From Planctomycetales bacterium (GTDB lineage: Bacteria; Planctomycetota; Planctomycetia; Pirellulales; JAEUIK01), in the NCBI GenBank assembly GCA_020426575.1, contig JAGQPT010000155.1, forward strand, positions 1-63,704: a DNA stretch of 63,704 nucleotides. Direction: 5' to 3'. The position numbers were made by a program, and so were the translations under genes. A model generated the notes under the pieces. The model had not been told where the DNA came from, searched no databases, and saw only the letters and a program-made list of their open reading frames with translations. The number at the start of each line of letters is the position of its first letter. Positions within the stretch are counted from its first letter, which is position 1. Positions 43,614-53,186 of this stretch are shown in pieces.

Positions 43614-44009
43614 ATGATGACCGACCCTATCGCCGACATGCTCACGCAAATCCGTAACGCGGTCCGCATCGAGCGGCAGTTCGTGGAACTGCCGGTCTCG
43701 AAGGTGAAGCGCGGTTTGGCGGAAGTGCTGAAGCGGGAAGGCTACATCTGGGACTGGGAAGAAATCGAAGGCCAGCCGGGTAACCTGCTCCGGCTTCACC
43801 TCAAGTACGGCCAGAACGGCGAGCGGTTGATCCGCAAGATTCGCCGCGTGAGCCGGCCAGGCCGACGCGTTTATTCCGTGGCCCGCAAAATGAAGCCGGT
43901 CCTCAACGGCCTGGGGATTTCGATCGTCAGCACGAGCCGCGGCGTGATCAGCGACCGCGAGGCGCGTCAGCAAAACATTGGCGGAGAAGTGCTCTGCGAA
44001 GTCTGGTGA
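43614..44009 (+). CDS. rpsH: 30S ribosomal protein S8
   Basis: MMTDPIADMLTQIRNAVRI...GISIVSTSRGVISDREARQQNIGGEVLCEVW. Confidence 0.96.
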   Translation: MMTDPIADMLTQIRNAVRIERQFVELPVSKVKRGLAEVLKREGYIWDWEEIEGQPGNLLRLHLKYGQNGERLIRKIRRVSRPGRRVYSVARKMKPVLNGLGISIVSTSRGVISDREARQQNIGGEVLCEVW

Positions 44010-44097
44010 CCGCAGCTTCGTCACCGCGACGACGTGAAATCATTCCCCGCCGTAGTATTCGCAATCATCGAGCCAGCACACAGTTGCCGAGTCAGCC

Positions 44098-44643
44098 ATG
44101 TCACGAATTGGATTTCAGCCGATCGCGGTTCCCAGCGGAGTGAAAGTCTCGATCGACGGCCGCACGGTCGCCATCGAAGGCAAGGTGGGCCGACTCGACT
44201 GGGAGCATCGCCCCGAGGTCGCGGTCAGCTATGACGACGACCAGAAGCAGATCACGGTCAGCCGCGCCAACGAAACGACGATGGCCAAGGCATTGCACGG
44301 CACGACGCGGGCGCTGATCCAAAACATGATCGTCGGCGTGTCCGAGGGTTACGAGAAACGCCTTGAAATCGTCGGCGTCGGTTACCTCGGCGCGGTTGCG
44401 GGAAACGAGTTGCAACTCCGCGTGGGTTTCGCCAACGAGATCCACAAGCAGATCCCCGAGGGACTCAACGTAACGTGCCCCGATCAGAACCACGTGGTGA
44501 TCAAGGGTGCGGACAAGCAAAAGGTGGGGCAGTTTGCCGCCGAAGTGCGTGCCGTCCGCAAGCCCGAGCCGTACAAGGGCAAGGGCGTTCGCTACGAGGG
44601 CGAACAGGTCCGCCGCAAGGCCGGCAAGGCCATGACGAAATAA
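44098..44643 (+). CDS. rplF: 50S ribosomal protein L6
   Basis: MSRIGFQPIAVPSGVKVSIDGRTV...LEIVGVGY...EPYKGKGVRYEGEQVRRKAGK. Confidence 0.95.
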   Translation: MSRIGFQPIAVPSGVKVSIDGRTVAIEGKVGRLDWEHRPEVAVSYDDDQKQITVSRANETTMAKALHGTTRALIQNMIVGVSEGYEKRLEIVGVGYLGAVAGNELQLRVGFANEIHKQIPEGLNVTCPDQNHVVIKGADKQKVGQFAAEVRAVRKPEPYKGKGVRYEGEQVRRKAGKAMTK

Positions 44644-44650
44644 CGCCGTC

Positions 44651-44691
44651 GTGGCGTGACCGCCCAGTGGCGTGACACGCGGTGGCACGGC
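44651..44691. repeat. Imperfect 15-16-nt tandem repeat (x3) just after the rplF stop
   Basis: GTGGCGTGAC at 44651 and 44667, and GTGGCACGGC at 44682. The unit is about GTGGCGTGACNNNNNN. Confidence 0.75.
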
Positions 44692-44863
44692 GTATTAGAC
44701 GAGTGAGACAGGAAGTGCCGAACTGAATGCATCGCACGAGCGGCGTCCCATGCCGGGCCTGCGATGCAGCAGAAGTCAGTTGGCCGATTGAACCAACCGA
44801 TCGCCGCGCGCGGGCTGCAAAAACCAGTACCGTTCGCCGCTGTCGCCAGCGAGGTTTCGTCCC

Positions 44864-45232
44864 GTGAATCAAGAAAAGACAATCAATCGTCAACGCCGCC
44901 GCCGGCGGTTTCGTGTCCGCAACCGTGTGGTTCGCGATTCGACGCGGCCGCGGCTGAGCGTATACCGAAGTCACAAGAACATGTCGGCCCAGGTGATCGA
45001 CGACGAAAAGGGCGTCACGCTGGTGTCGGCTAGCACGGCGGATGCCGCAATCAGCAAACAGCTCAAGTACGGCGGCAACGTCGAAGCGGCGGCAGCAGTT
45101 GGCAAGCTGCTCGCCCAGCGGGCGCTTGATGCCGGCATCAAGCAGGTCGCCTTCGACCGTCGCGATTATCGCTATCACGGACGGGTCGCGGCCCTGGCAG
45201 ACGCCGCTCGTGAGTCCGGTCTCGAATTCTGA
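44864..45232 (+). CDS. rplR: 50S ribosomal protein L18
   Basis: [12 protein letters not shown]...[20 protein letters not shown]...[30 protein letters not shown] start. Confidence 0.94.
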   Translation: MNQEKTINRQRRRRRFRVRNRVVRDSTRPRLSVYRSHKNMSAQVIDDEKGVTLVSASTADAAISKQLKYGGNVEAAAAVGKLLAQRALDAGIKQVAFDRRDYRYHGRVAALADAARESGLEF

Positions 45233-45266
45233 TTGAACGCCATCTCCAGACGGGAGAACTTTCAAC

Positions 45267-45752
45267 GTGTCTACTGATGTACAGCGCGGCGAGACGGTCG
45301 AGCGGGTCGTGAAGATTCGCCGTTGTGCCGCCGTGGTCAAAGGTGGTCGCCGCTTCAGCTTTTCCGCCATGGTGGTCGTCGGCGACGGCCAGGGCAAGGT
45401 CGGCTGGGGCTACGGCAAGGCCAACGAAGTGCCGCCGGCCGTTGAAAAGGCCGTCAAGGATGGTTGCCGCAAGATGGTGAAAGTCGTGCTCGACGGCACG
45501 ACGATCCCTCACACCTCAATCGGCCGCTTCGGCGCCGCGAAGGTCGTGCTTGTTCCGGCCAGCCCCGGCACGGGCGTGATTGCCGGTGCGACGGTGCGGG
45601 CCGTGTGCGACGGCGCCGGCATCCACGACATCCTTACCAAGAGCTATGGTTCGTCGAATCCGGTGAACCTCGTCAAGGCGACGATCAACGCGCTGGAAAA
45701 CCTCCGCTCGCACCAAGAGACTGAACACCTGCGAGGAGTCTCCCTGTCATGA
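45267..45752 (+). CDS. rpsE: 30S ribosomal protein S5
   Basis: [49 protein letters not shown]...; GTG start. Confidence 0.95.
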   Translation: MSTDVQRGETVERVVKIRRCAAVVKGGRRFSFSAMVVVGDGQGKVGWGYGKANEVPPAVEKAVKDGCRKMVKVVLDGTTIPHTSIGRFGAAKVVLVPASPGTGVIAGATVRAVCDGAGIHDILTKSYGSSNPVNLVKATINALENLRSHQETEHLRGVSLS

Positions 45753-46246
45753 ACATCCACGACGTCGACATGGCCGTAAAGGCGAAACGGCGGCGACGGC
45801 GCATCGGCCGTGGCCCCGGTTCCGGTAGCGGTAAAACCAGTGGCCGCGGCCACAAGGGCCAGCGCAGCCGGTCGGGTGCCTCGTTCCGCGCCACCTTCGA
45901 GGGTGGCCAAATGCCCCTGGTGCGTCGCGTTCCCAAGCGCGGCTTCAACAACCGTTGGGGACTGACCGTGTATTCGATCAACGTCGGTCAGCTCGACGCG
46001 CTGTTCAGCGACGGTGACGAGGTCAACGTCGAGACGCTTCGCGAAAAGAATCGCGCCAAGGGCCGATTCGACGTGCTGAAGATCCTCGGTGACGGCGAAC
46101 TGACGAAGAAGCTCAAAGTGTCGGCGCACCGCTTCAGCAACTCGGCCAGCGAGAAAATCGCCAAGGCGGGTGGCGAGGCCGTCGTCGTGGCGGGGAAACC
46201 ATCCGCTGCAGCGACGAGGGACGCGGCGGCCGAAGTCGAGAAATAG
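45749..46246 (+). CDS. rplO: 50S ribosomal protein L15
   Basis: [27 protein letters not shown]...[21 protein letters not shown] overlap with rpsE, so there is no room for rpmD. Confidence 0.95.
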   Translation: MNIHDVDMAVKAKRRRRRIGRGPGSGSGKTSGRGHKGQRSRSGASFRATFEGGQMPLVRRVPKRGFNNRWGLTVYSINVGQLDALFSDGDEVNVETLREKNRAKGRFDVLKILGDGELTKKLKVSAHRFSNSASEKIAKAGGEAVVVAGKPSAAATRDAAAEVEK

Positions 46247-46442
46247 CCCAGGATTGCGGCAAGGGTCGGCCGGCCTGCCCGCCGTGTTCGGAGCCGCTGT
46301 TACTGGGGCCGTCGACCGACCAGACGGGACGACGCCGATTTCGACCTCAACGCCTCGGCGGCTCGCGGTTATACTCGCTCGGCATCGAGGTTCAGGCGGT
46401 ACCATCCGTAGCAGCAATTGTCCTGTGAGGCACGGCCTCTAG

Positions 46443-46456
46443 AATTGCCGGCAATT
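46443..46456. promoter_or_regulatory. Perfect 14-bp palindrome in the rplO-secY spacer
   Basis: AATTGCCGGCAATT is its own reverse complement. It lies 60 nt upstream of the secY ATG. Confidence 0.3.
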
Positions 46457-46515
46457 TCAGCGTCGACGGATCGGCGCCACGACGATTTCATCAGGCGTTT
46501 TCGGCGGACACGCGC

Positions 46516-47880
46516 ATGTGGGAAAAAATTCGCACGATCTTCACCATCCCCGAACTGCGGCAAAAGATCTTTTTGACCGTCGGTTTGCTGGGGATCTATC
46601 GGCTCGGCTTCGGCATTCCGCTGTTCCTGGTCGATCCGAATAAGACGTCGAGCATGTTCGGTGGGGGCGAGGGCAACCTCGGCCAGATGCTCGAACAGGT
46701 CGCCATCTTCAGCGCCAGCTCGCTGAGCCAGGCGACGATCTTCGGCCTGGGGATCATGCCGTACATCTCGGCCTCGATCATCTTCCAGTTGCTTGGCAGC
46801 GTCTGGCCCAAGATCGCCGAGTTGCAGAAGGAAGGCGAGGCGGGGCGCAAGAAGATCAACGAATACACCCGTTATGCAACCGTGCTGATCTGTGTGATCC
46901 AGAGCTGGTTCTACGTGAAAATGATGGCCTCCGGGCAATCGGCGACGGTGATGGACAGGTTCCTCGATCCCAACACTGGTGCGATCCTGTTCGGTTGGCA
47001 CGTGCTGGGCGTGGTGGCGATGACGGCTGGCACCGTGTTCCTGATGTGGGTCGGCGAACAGATCGACGAGTATGGCATCGGCAACGGTATCAGCCTGTTG
47101 ATCATGGCCGGTATCCTTGCCGACATGCCGGGTGCCGCGACAACGCTGATCGGCCCGATGATCAAGCAAGGTGGCCTCGAATTGGGAGGTGACGCCGGCG
47201 TCGAGAAACTCATCGTGCTGGCCGCGCTGTTCGTAGCGGTCGTTGCCGGCACCGTCTTCATCATGCAAGGTCAACGACGCATTCCCACGCAGAGTGCCAA
47301 GCACGTGCGTGGCCGACGCGTCTTCGGCGGCACGCGGCAGTATCTGCCGCTGCGGGTGAATCAGGCCGGCGTGATGCCGATCATCTTCGCCAGCAGCTTG
47401 CTGATGTTCCCCTCGATCATGCTGGGCTACCTGGCCTCGTACCGCCCGGACTGGACATTCCTGCAGTACATTTCGAGCATGATCTCCGATCCGCGTTCAT
47501 TTGTGCACACCGTGCTGTATATCGCGTTGATCTACTTCTTCTGCTTCTTCTGGACGGCCATCAGCTTCAACCCGAAGGACGTGGCCGACAACTTGAAGAA
47601 CTTTGGCAGCTTCATTCCGGGCTACCGACCGGGGAAGCGGACGGCCGACTACCTGGAGAAGGTGATGGCGCGGATCACGTACGTTGGCGCGGGCTTTTTG
47701 GCCGTGATCGCCATTATTCCCACGCTGGTCTCCTCGCTCGTCGACATTGATCCGACCGTGGCACGGTTTTATGGTGGCACTGGCCTGCTGATTGCCGTGA
47801 GCGTCGCGTTCGACCTGGTCAACAAGATCGACAGCCACTTGGTGATGCGTAATTACCGTGGCTTGCTGGAAAAAGGTTAG
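46516..47880 (+). CDS. secY: Preprotein translocase subunit SecY
   Basis: 454 aa, multi-TM. LRQKIFLTVGLLGIYRLG...IFGLGIMPYISASIIFQLL...GISLLIMAGI. Confidence 0.97.
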   Translation: MWEKIRTIFTIPELRQKIFLTVGLLGIYRLGFGIPLFLVDPNKTSSMFGGGEGNLGQMLEQVAIFSASSLSQATIFGLGIMPYISASIIFQLLGSVWPKIAELQKEGEAGRKKINEYTRYATVLICVIQSWFYVKMMASGQSATVMDRFLDPNTGAILFGWHVLGVVAMTAGTVFLMWVGEQIDEYGIGNGISLLIMAGILADMPGAATTLIGPMIKQGGLELGGDAGVEKLIVLAALFVAVVAGTVFIMQGQRRIPTQSAKHVRGRRVFGGTRQYLPLRVNQAGVMPIIFASSLLMFPSIMLGYLASYRPDWTFLQYISSMISDPRSFVHTVLYIALIYFFCFFWTAISFNPKDVADNLKNFGSFIPGYRPGKRTADYLEKVMARITYVGAGFLAVIAIIPTLVSSLVDIDPTVARFYGGTGLLIAVSVAFDLVNKIDSHLVMRNYRGLLEKG

Positions 47881-47949
47881 CGCACTCGATGGTCCCGCAG
47901 CGCGTCAACGTCGGTACACCGCCACGGCGTGACCGCTAGGGAGAAACAC

Positions 47950-48531
47950 ATGCGGATCGTCTTCGTTGGACCACCTGGCGCGGGAAAAGGGACACAGTCG
48001 GCTCGGCTAGTGAGCCGGCTGGACGTGCCGCACCTCTCGACCGGTGACCTGCTGCGAGCAGCGGTGAATGAGCAGAGTCCCCTGGGGAAGATGGCCGACG
48101 AATACATGTCGGCCGGCCGACTCGTGCCCGATCACCTCATCCTCAAGTTGATCGGCGAGCGCGTGCTTCGCGACGACTGTGCCGACGGCTACCTGCTCGA
48201 CGGCTTTCCCCGCACCCTGGTGCAGGCCCAGGCCTTCGACGACGTCCTTGCCGAGGTCGGCGAGTCGATCGACGCCGTGATCGAGCTGGTGGTCCGCCAC
48301 GAAGTGCTCGTCAAACGCCTCGCCAAGCGTGGCCGCTCCGACGACACCCCCGAGGTTGTCAGCAAGCGGCTGCGAGGATACGAAGAACAGACCAGGGTCG
48401 TGACGGGCTACTACCAAGATCGCGGCATCGTCTTTCGCATCGACGGCGAAGGCACGCCCGACGAGGTGACCGCCCGGATCGAACGAGCCGTCGCCGAAGC
48501 CTCGGGCGGCCGACTGCGCAGACCGAACTGA
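47950..48531 (+). CDS. adk: Adenylate kinase (short-LID type, no Cys4)
   Basis: MRIVFVGPPGAGKGTQS...GYLLDGFPRT. ATG 47950 is preceded by AGGGAGAAACA. The listed ORF starts at 47929. Confidence 0.95.
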   Translation: MRIVFVGPPGAGKGTQSARLVSRLDVPHLSTGDLLRAAVNEQSPLGKMADEYMSAGRLVPDHLILKLIGERVLRDDCADGYLLDGFPRTLVQAQAFDDVLAEVGESIDAVIELVVRHEVLVKRLAKRGRSDDTPEVVSKRLRGYEEQTRVVTGYYQDRGIVFRIDGEGTPDEVTARIERAVAEASGGRLRRPN

Positions 48532-48679
48532 GAGCGGATTGGCCTGGACCAGGACCGCCTCCCGGCCAACCGCCACAGGAGAGATGGAGTGCCTCCGCCT
48601 CAGCGCGAGCGTCCCTATCCCACGACGGGGACGCGGTGGGGAATCGGCAGGGACTCGATCGCCTGGGACCACGGGACCT

Positions 48680-48727
48680 GGCCGGCTCGCTGAACTTGGC
48701 CGGCTCGCTGAACTTGGCCGGCTCGCC
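48680..48727. repeat. 18-nt tandem repeat (2.7 copies) in the adk-map spacer
   Basis: GGCCGGCTCGCTGAACTT at 48680-48697 and 48698-48715, then the partial copy GGCCGGCTCGCC at 48716-48727. Confidence 0.95.
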
Positions 48728-48801
48728 AAAACGTCGGTCGGCGGCGCTGAAACGGCCCGCTGTCAGAACTCGAAATCTACGTCGCACAGGTCAATTGCTC
48801 G

Positions 48802-49599
48802 ATGTCACCAAGTCACGGAATCCAGCTTCGCACGCCCCGGGAAATCGCCCTGCTGCAAAAGGCCGGTCAGGTCGTCGCCGAAGCGCACCGCGTCGCCAAA
48901 AAACTGGTCAAACCCGGCGCCACCACGGCCGAGATCGACGCGGCCGTTGAGCAGTTCTTTGAAAAGCAGGGGGCGATTCCGCTTTTCAAGGGCGTGCCCG
49001 GCAAGGTCCCGTTTCCCGCGGTCACCTGCATGTCCGTCAACGAGGAAGTCGTCCACGGCATCCCGGGGCCCCGGGTACTGGCCGAGGGAGACGTACTGAG
49101 CATCGATACCGGCTGCAAGCTGGAAGGTTGGTGCGGTGACGCGGCGTTGACGCACCCAGTGGGCAAGATCGACGCCGAGGTGCAGCGATTGTTGGATGTG
49201 ACGAAGGGGACGCTTGACCTGGCGATCGAGCAGATGGGCGTCTGCTCGATGTGGAGCGAAGTGGCCGAGCAGATGGCCGACTACGTTCACGACGCGGGAT
49301 TTGCGGTCGTGGAGATGTTCGTCGGCCACGGGATCGGCCGGGGGATGCACGAGGAGCCGCAGGTGCCGAACTTCTGCAGCGAGCATTTCCGCCGCAGCGG
49401 CGACTTCCGGCTCGAGCCGGGGCTGGTGATCGCCGTCGAGCCGATGGTGAACATGGGGACCAAACGGGTACGGGCGATGCCGGACCACTGGACGCAGTCG
49501 ACCGCCGACGGCCAGCCGAGCGCCCATTTTGAGCACACCATCGCGATCACCAAGGACGGTCCGTTGGTGCTCACCGCCGGGACCGACGCCGAAGATTAG
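48802..49599 (+). CDS. map: Type I methionine aminopeptidase
   Basis: Metal ligands are in the expected context: VHGIP, DVLSIDTG, GDAALT, VGHGIGRGMHE, VIAVEPM, FEHT. Confidence 0.95.
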   Translation: MSPSHGIQLRTPREIALLQKAGQVVAEAHRVAKKLVKPGATTAEIDAAVEQFFEKQGAIPLFKGVPGKVPFPAVTCMSVNEEVVHGIPGPRVLAEGDVLSIDTGCKLEGWCGDAALTHPVGKIDAEVQRLLDVTKGTLDLAIEQMGVCSMWSEVAEQMADYVHDAGFAVVEMFVGHGIGRGMHEEPQVPNFCSEHFRRSGDFRLEPGLVIAVEPMVNMGTKRVRAMPDHWTQSTADGQPSAHFEHTIAITKDGPLVLTAGTDAED

Positions 49600-49773
49600 C
49601 AGTCACGGCCCCCGGGGGTGTGGGCCGGCCCATCGGCCAACGGGGCTAGCTGCCGCCGACGATACTTCTCGCGGCTCGGTTGTCGCGGCCTTGTCGAGTG
49701 CCGACGGCAACGATTGGGGTGGCGGCGGGGGCGGGCCGGCGAAATTTGGGCGGCGAAAGCCGCTTCCACCCGC

Positions 49774-49803
49774 TTGCGATCCCGACGCTAAAACGGCTAT
49801 ACT
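49774..49803 (+). promoter_or_regulatory. Candidate promoter for rpmJ-rpsM-rpsK-rpsD-rpoA-rplQ
   Basis: TTGCGA (49774-49779), 18-nt spacer, TATACT (49798-49803), 45 nt upstream of the rpmJ ATG. Confidence 0.4.
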
Positions 49804-49847
49804 GCTCTGCTTCCGACCAGTGACAACCAGCCAATGTGTGGTCTGCG

Positions 49848-49961
49848 ATGAAAGTTCGTGCAAGTGTGAAGCGAATTTGTGAGAAATGCAAGATCGTGCG
49901 ACGTCAGGGGACGGTGTACGTGATTTGCTCGAACCCGCGCCATAAACAGCGGCAGGGCTAG
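49848..49961 (+). CDS. rpmJ: 50S ribosomal protein L36 (zinc-binding form)
   Basis: Not in the ORF track because it is under 60 aa. My translation: [37 protein letters not shown], then TAG. Confidence 0.93.
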   Translation: MKVRASVKRICEKCKIVRRQGTVYVICSNPRHKQRQG

Positions 49962-50029
49962 GGAATACGAAGTGCCGTGCACCGCAGCGAGCGTCGCTCG
50001 GCCAACGGCGCGAGGATGAAAACAGGGCG

Positions 50030-50080
50030 GGTGAGTACGAAGCAGCGGTGAGCTTGAAGCAGTGGTGAGCACGGAGCAGC
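50030..50080. repeat. Imperfect 17-nt tandem repeat (x3) in the rpmJ-rpsM spacer
   Basis: GGTGAGTACGAAGCAGC / GGTGAGCTTGAAGCAGT / GGTGAGCACGGAGCAGC at 50030-50046, 50047-50063 and 50064-50080. Confidence 0.9.
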
Positions 50081-50315
50081 AATGAAACATGTCGAGGGTC
50101 CGGCTGGCCCTCGACGCCGCGCTCGCTGGGGAGCGACCGCTCGAGCCGGTTGGCTCGTGAAGAACCGTACCGGCCGGAAACGCCTGAACAGCGCGTTTTT
50201 CGTCCCGCGGAGCGAGTTGGCCAGCCCACCGAGTTTGTGACCGCATGAATGTGTGCCGCCGGCGTTGGGCCGGACGGCTAGTCAGCAGATAGACTGAACC
50301 AAGAGTGGATTTAAG

Positions 50316-50699
50316 ATGCCGCGTATCCTTGGTGTCGATATTCCGAACGACCGCCCGACCGTCGTGGCGCTGACGTACCTTTACGGCGTCGGGCCGAAGA
50401 CGGCTCGCGACCTTTGCCACGCCACGGGAGTGAATCCCCAACAACGTGCTCGCGACCTCAACGAAGACGAAGTGGCACGGATCGCGGCCGAGTTGGACAA
50501 CAACTACACGGTCGAAGGCCAGTTGCGGCGCGAGGTGGAGCAGAACATCACGCGGCTGCGCGACATTGGCTCATACCGGGGGATCCGTCATCGCCGCGGC
50601 CTGCCCGTGCGTGGCCAGCGGACGCGGACCAATGCCCGCACACGCAAGGGTCCGAAGAAGACGGTTGCCGGTAAGAAGGGCGTGAAGGACCTCCGGTAG
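50316..50699 (+). CDS. rpsM: 30S ribosomal protein S13
   Basis: [26 protein letters not shown]...[28 protein letters not shown]. Confidence 0.97.
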   Translation: MPRILGVDIPNDRPTVVALTYLYGVGPKTARDLCHATGVNPQQRARDLNEDEVARIAAELDNNYTVEGQLRREVEQNITRLRDIGSYRGIRHRRGLPVRGQRTRTNARTRKGPKKTVAGKKGVKDLR

Positions 50700-50764
50700 T
50701 CGCTGCTCCCGGGGCTTGAGTCAGAAACGCATACCCAAACGACGAGATAGGGAGTCACACTTCG

Positions 50765-51145
50765 GTGGCTAAGGCGAAACGACGAAAAGTACGACGCAAC
50801 GTGAGCGCGGGCATCGCCCACATTCGTGCCACGTTCAACAATACGGCGGTGACGATTACCGACGTCAAGGGAAACACGCTGTGTTGGGCCAGCGCGGGCA
50901 CAAGCGGTTTCAAAGGCAGCCGTAAGAGCACGCCGTTTGCCGGACAATGTGCGGCCCAGCAGGCCGCGGAGAAGGCCGCCAAGTTCGGCGTCAAGGAACT
51001 GGAAGTTCGCGTCAAAGGGCCGGGCAGCGGCCGCGAGAGCGCGATCACGGCCCTGCAAGCCGCGGGCATGAAAGTCAAATTGATCGAGGACGTCACACCG
51101 TTGCCGCACAACGGTTGTCGCCCTCCGAAGAAGCGTCGCGTCTGA
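50765..51145 (+). CDS. rpsK: 30S ribosomal protein S11
   Basis: [30 protein letters not shown]...[11 protein letters not shown]...[18 protein letters not shown] start. Confidence 0.96.
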   Translation: MAKAKRRKVRRNVSAGIAHIRATFNNTAVTITDVKGNTLCWASAGTSGFKGSRKSTPFAGQCAAQQAAEKAAKFGVKELEVRVKGPGSGRESAITALQAAGMKVKLIEDVTPLPHNGCRPPKKRRV

Positions 51146-51294
51146 TATCCGTTTGGCGGCCGCGCCGAATCAACAAGCCAAGCCGGCGTCACGTGGCGAC
51201 GCTCGCAGCGGATGCCGAGACTGGTTCTCCCGGCGACGCACCCAGGCACAAACACACGCAAGACAATCGACCCAGGACTGTTTGAAACACTGAC

Positions 51295-51921
51295 ATGGCA
51301 CGAATCACGGGACCCGTTTGCCGCCTCTGTCGCCGAGAAGGAATGAAACTGTTCCTCAAGGGGAGTCGTTGCGACTCGCCGAAGTGCGCCTTTGAGCGTC
51401 GCGACACGCCGCCGGGTATGCAGTCGGGCCGGCGCGGCAAACCGACCGACTACGCGGTCCACCTCCGCGAAAAACAGAAGGTAAAGCACTACTATGGTGT
51501 GCTGGAACGTCAGTTCCGCACCTACTTCAAGACGGCGGCGCGGGCGCGTGGCAACACGGGCGACGTGCTGATGACGCTGCTCGAGCGGCGGCTCGACAAC
51601 GTCGTGCACCGTCTCGGCTTTGCACAAAGTCGGGCCCAGGCGCGGCAGATGGTCGCGCACGGACACGTCACCGTGGGAGGACATCGCGTCGACCGGCCGA
51701 GCTACCTCGTCAGGCCGTCCGACGTGATCCGCATCAAGAACCGCACAAAGAGCCTGCAGTTGGTCCAGGCCAACTTGGCACAGCATCAGCGCGACGTCCC
51801 CGACTTCCTCTCGGTCGAAGCGGGGGCGATGCCCGAAGGAATTGTCACGCGACTGCCCGAGATGGCGGACGTTTCGATCCCGATCGAACCACAACTGATC
51901 ATCGAGCTCTGCTCGAAGTAA
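51295..51921 (+). CDS. rpsD: 30S ribosomal protein S4 (Cys4 N-terminus)
   Basis: MARITGPVCRLCRREGMKLFLKGSRCDSPKCAFERR...LERRLDNVVHRLGFAQSRAQARQMVAHGHV. Confidence 0.96.
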   Translation: MARITGPVCRLCRREGMKLFLKGSRCDSPKCAFERRDTPPGMQSGRRGKPTDYAVHLREKQKVKHYYGVLERQFRTYFKTAARARGNTGDVLMTLLERRLDNVVHRLGFAQSRAQARQMVAHGHVTVGGHRVDRPSYLVRPSDVIRIKNRTKSLQLVQANLAQHQRDVPDFLSVEAGAMPEGIVTRLPEMADVSIPIEPQLIIELCSK

Positions 51922-52058
51922 TGGCACACGTCCCGCCGATCGTCGCCTGCGTCCAGGCCGCCCCCGCGGCTGTGGTCGTGGGTGAGCCGCGACGAAGAGA
52001 AACGAACAAAACAGCAATCACACGACCCCGGTGTCGTTCGTAGCTACGGAGGCTTGCA

Positions 52059-53048
52059 ATGCGAATTCGCTGGCGCGGTTTCGAGTTACCCAGTATCGTC
52101 GAGTGCGAGCAGGGGACGTTAACGTCAACCTACGGGAAGTTCGTGGCCGAGCCGTTCGAGCGCGGTTACGGAATGACGGTTGGCAACGGCCTGCGGCGCA
52201 CGCTGCTTTCCAGCCTCGAAGGTAGTGCCATCACGCAGATCAAGGTGCAAAACGCCCAACACGAATTCACCACGCTGCCCGGCGTGATGGAAGACATGAC
52301 CGACATCGTGTTGAACGTGAAGTCGCTGATCGTGAAAAACCACAGCGACAGCACCCGCGTGGCCCGCATCGAGAAGTCGGCAAAGGGCCCGGTGACCGGT
52401 GCCGACGTGATCACCGACGAGGCCGTCGAAGTGATCAACAAGGACCACGTGATCGCGAACTTGTCGGACGACGTGCCTTTCGTGATGGAGATGGTGATCG
52501 AAAACGGTCGTGGCTACGTTCCCTCGACTGAGCACAGTCCCAACGTGCAGGAGATCGGCATCATTCCGGTCGATGCCGTTTTCAGCCCGGTGACTCGCGT
52601 GCGGTACGACGTCGAAGAGACGCGCGTGGGCCAGAAAACGAACTACGACAAGGTGACGATTGAAATCTGGACCGACGGAACCGTGGGTCCGGAGATGGCG
52701 TTGGTCGAATCGGCCAAGATTTTCCGCAAACACCTCAACCCCTTCGTGCAGTACACGGAACTGGGCCCCCAGGTGCACGCGGCCGGCCAAATCATGGGAG
52801 GCGGCGCCGACGCGGCGCTCGAAGCCAAGTTGAACATGAGCCTCGCCGAGTTGGACCTGTCGGTGCGGGCGATGAACTGCCTGGAATCGGAAAACATCAC
52901 GACGGTACGCGACCTGGTGACGCGCAGCGAAGACGAGTTGCTCGACGTGCGCAACTTCGGCGAGACGACTCTCTCGGAAGTGCACGACAAGCTCGAATCG
53001 CTCGGGCTGCACATGGGAATGCGTGTGCCACCGCGTGCCGCGTTCTAG
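52059..53048 (+). CDS. rpoA: DNA-directed RNA polymerase subunit alpha
   Basis: [30 protein letters not shown]-terminal domain [44 protein letters not shown]. Confidence 0.97.
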   Translation: MRIRWRGFELPSIVECEQGTLTSTYGKFVAEPFERGYGMTVGNGLRRTLLSSLEGSAITQIKVQNAQHEFTTLPGVMEDMTDIVLNVKSLIVKNHSDSTRVARIEKSAKGPVTGADVITDEAVEVINKDHVIANLSDDVPFVMEMVIENGRGYVPSTEHSPNVQEIGIIPVDAVFSPVTRVRYDVEETRVGQKTNYDKVTIEIWTDGTVGPEMALVESAKIFRKHLNPFVQYTELGPQVHAAGQIMGGGADAALEAKLNMSLAELDLSVRAMNCLESENITTVRDLVTRSEDELLDVRNFGETTLSEVHDKLESLGLHMGMRVPPRAAF

Positions 53049-53186
53049 TGTTGCCAAGTGAATCTGTTGAAACGAAACCAGTGTTGGTGCCGGGCGCCGG
53101 AGCCGGCGACGCACCGACTGTTTTGAATACATACCAGTCCCCCACCGTGCGGGGTCACAGCCAGAGAGAGTTGAAGCGAGTCGACC

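Noticed and set aside
48007-48787. Minus-strand ORFs (240 and 142 aa) over adk and the adk-map spacer, and the plus-strand ORF 48539-49099.
   Set aside because: They are antisense to adk or run through the tandem repeat and into map out of frame. The repeat-encoded GRLAELGRLAEL is an artefact of the 18-nt duplication.
50030-50080. GAAGCAGC motifs reminiscent of the SRP (4.5S) RNA conserved loop.
   Set aside because: The motif is part of a simple 17-nt tandem repeat. The flanking helix-8-type pairing and the rest of the SRP RNA consensus are absent.
50082-50240. 52-codon ORF (MKHVEGPAGPRRRARWGATARAGW...) in the rpmJ-rpsM gap, considered as an infA remnant or small protein.
   Set aside because: It has no similarity to IF-1, an Arg/Ala-rich composition typical of random high-GC frames, and no SD.
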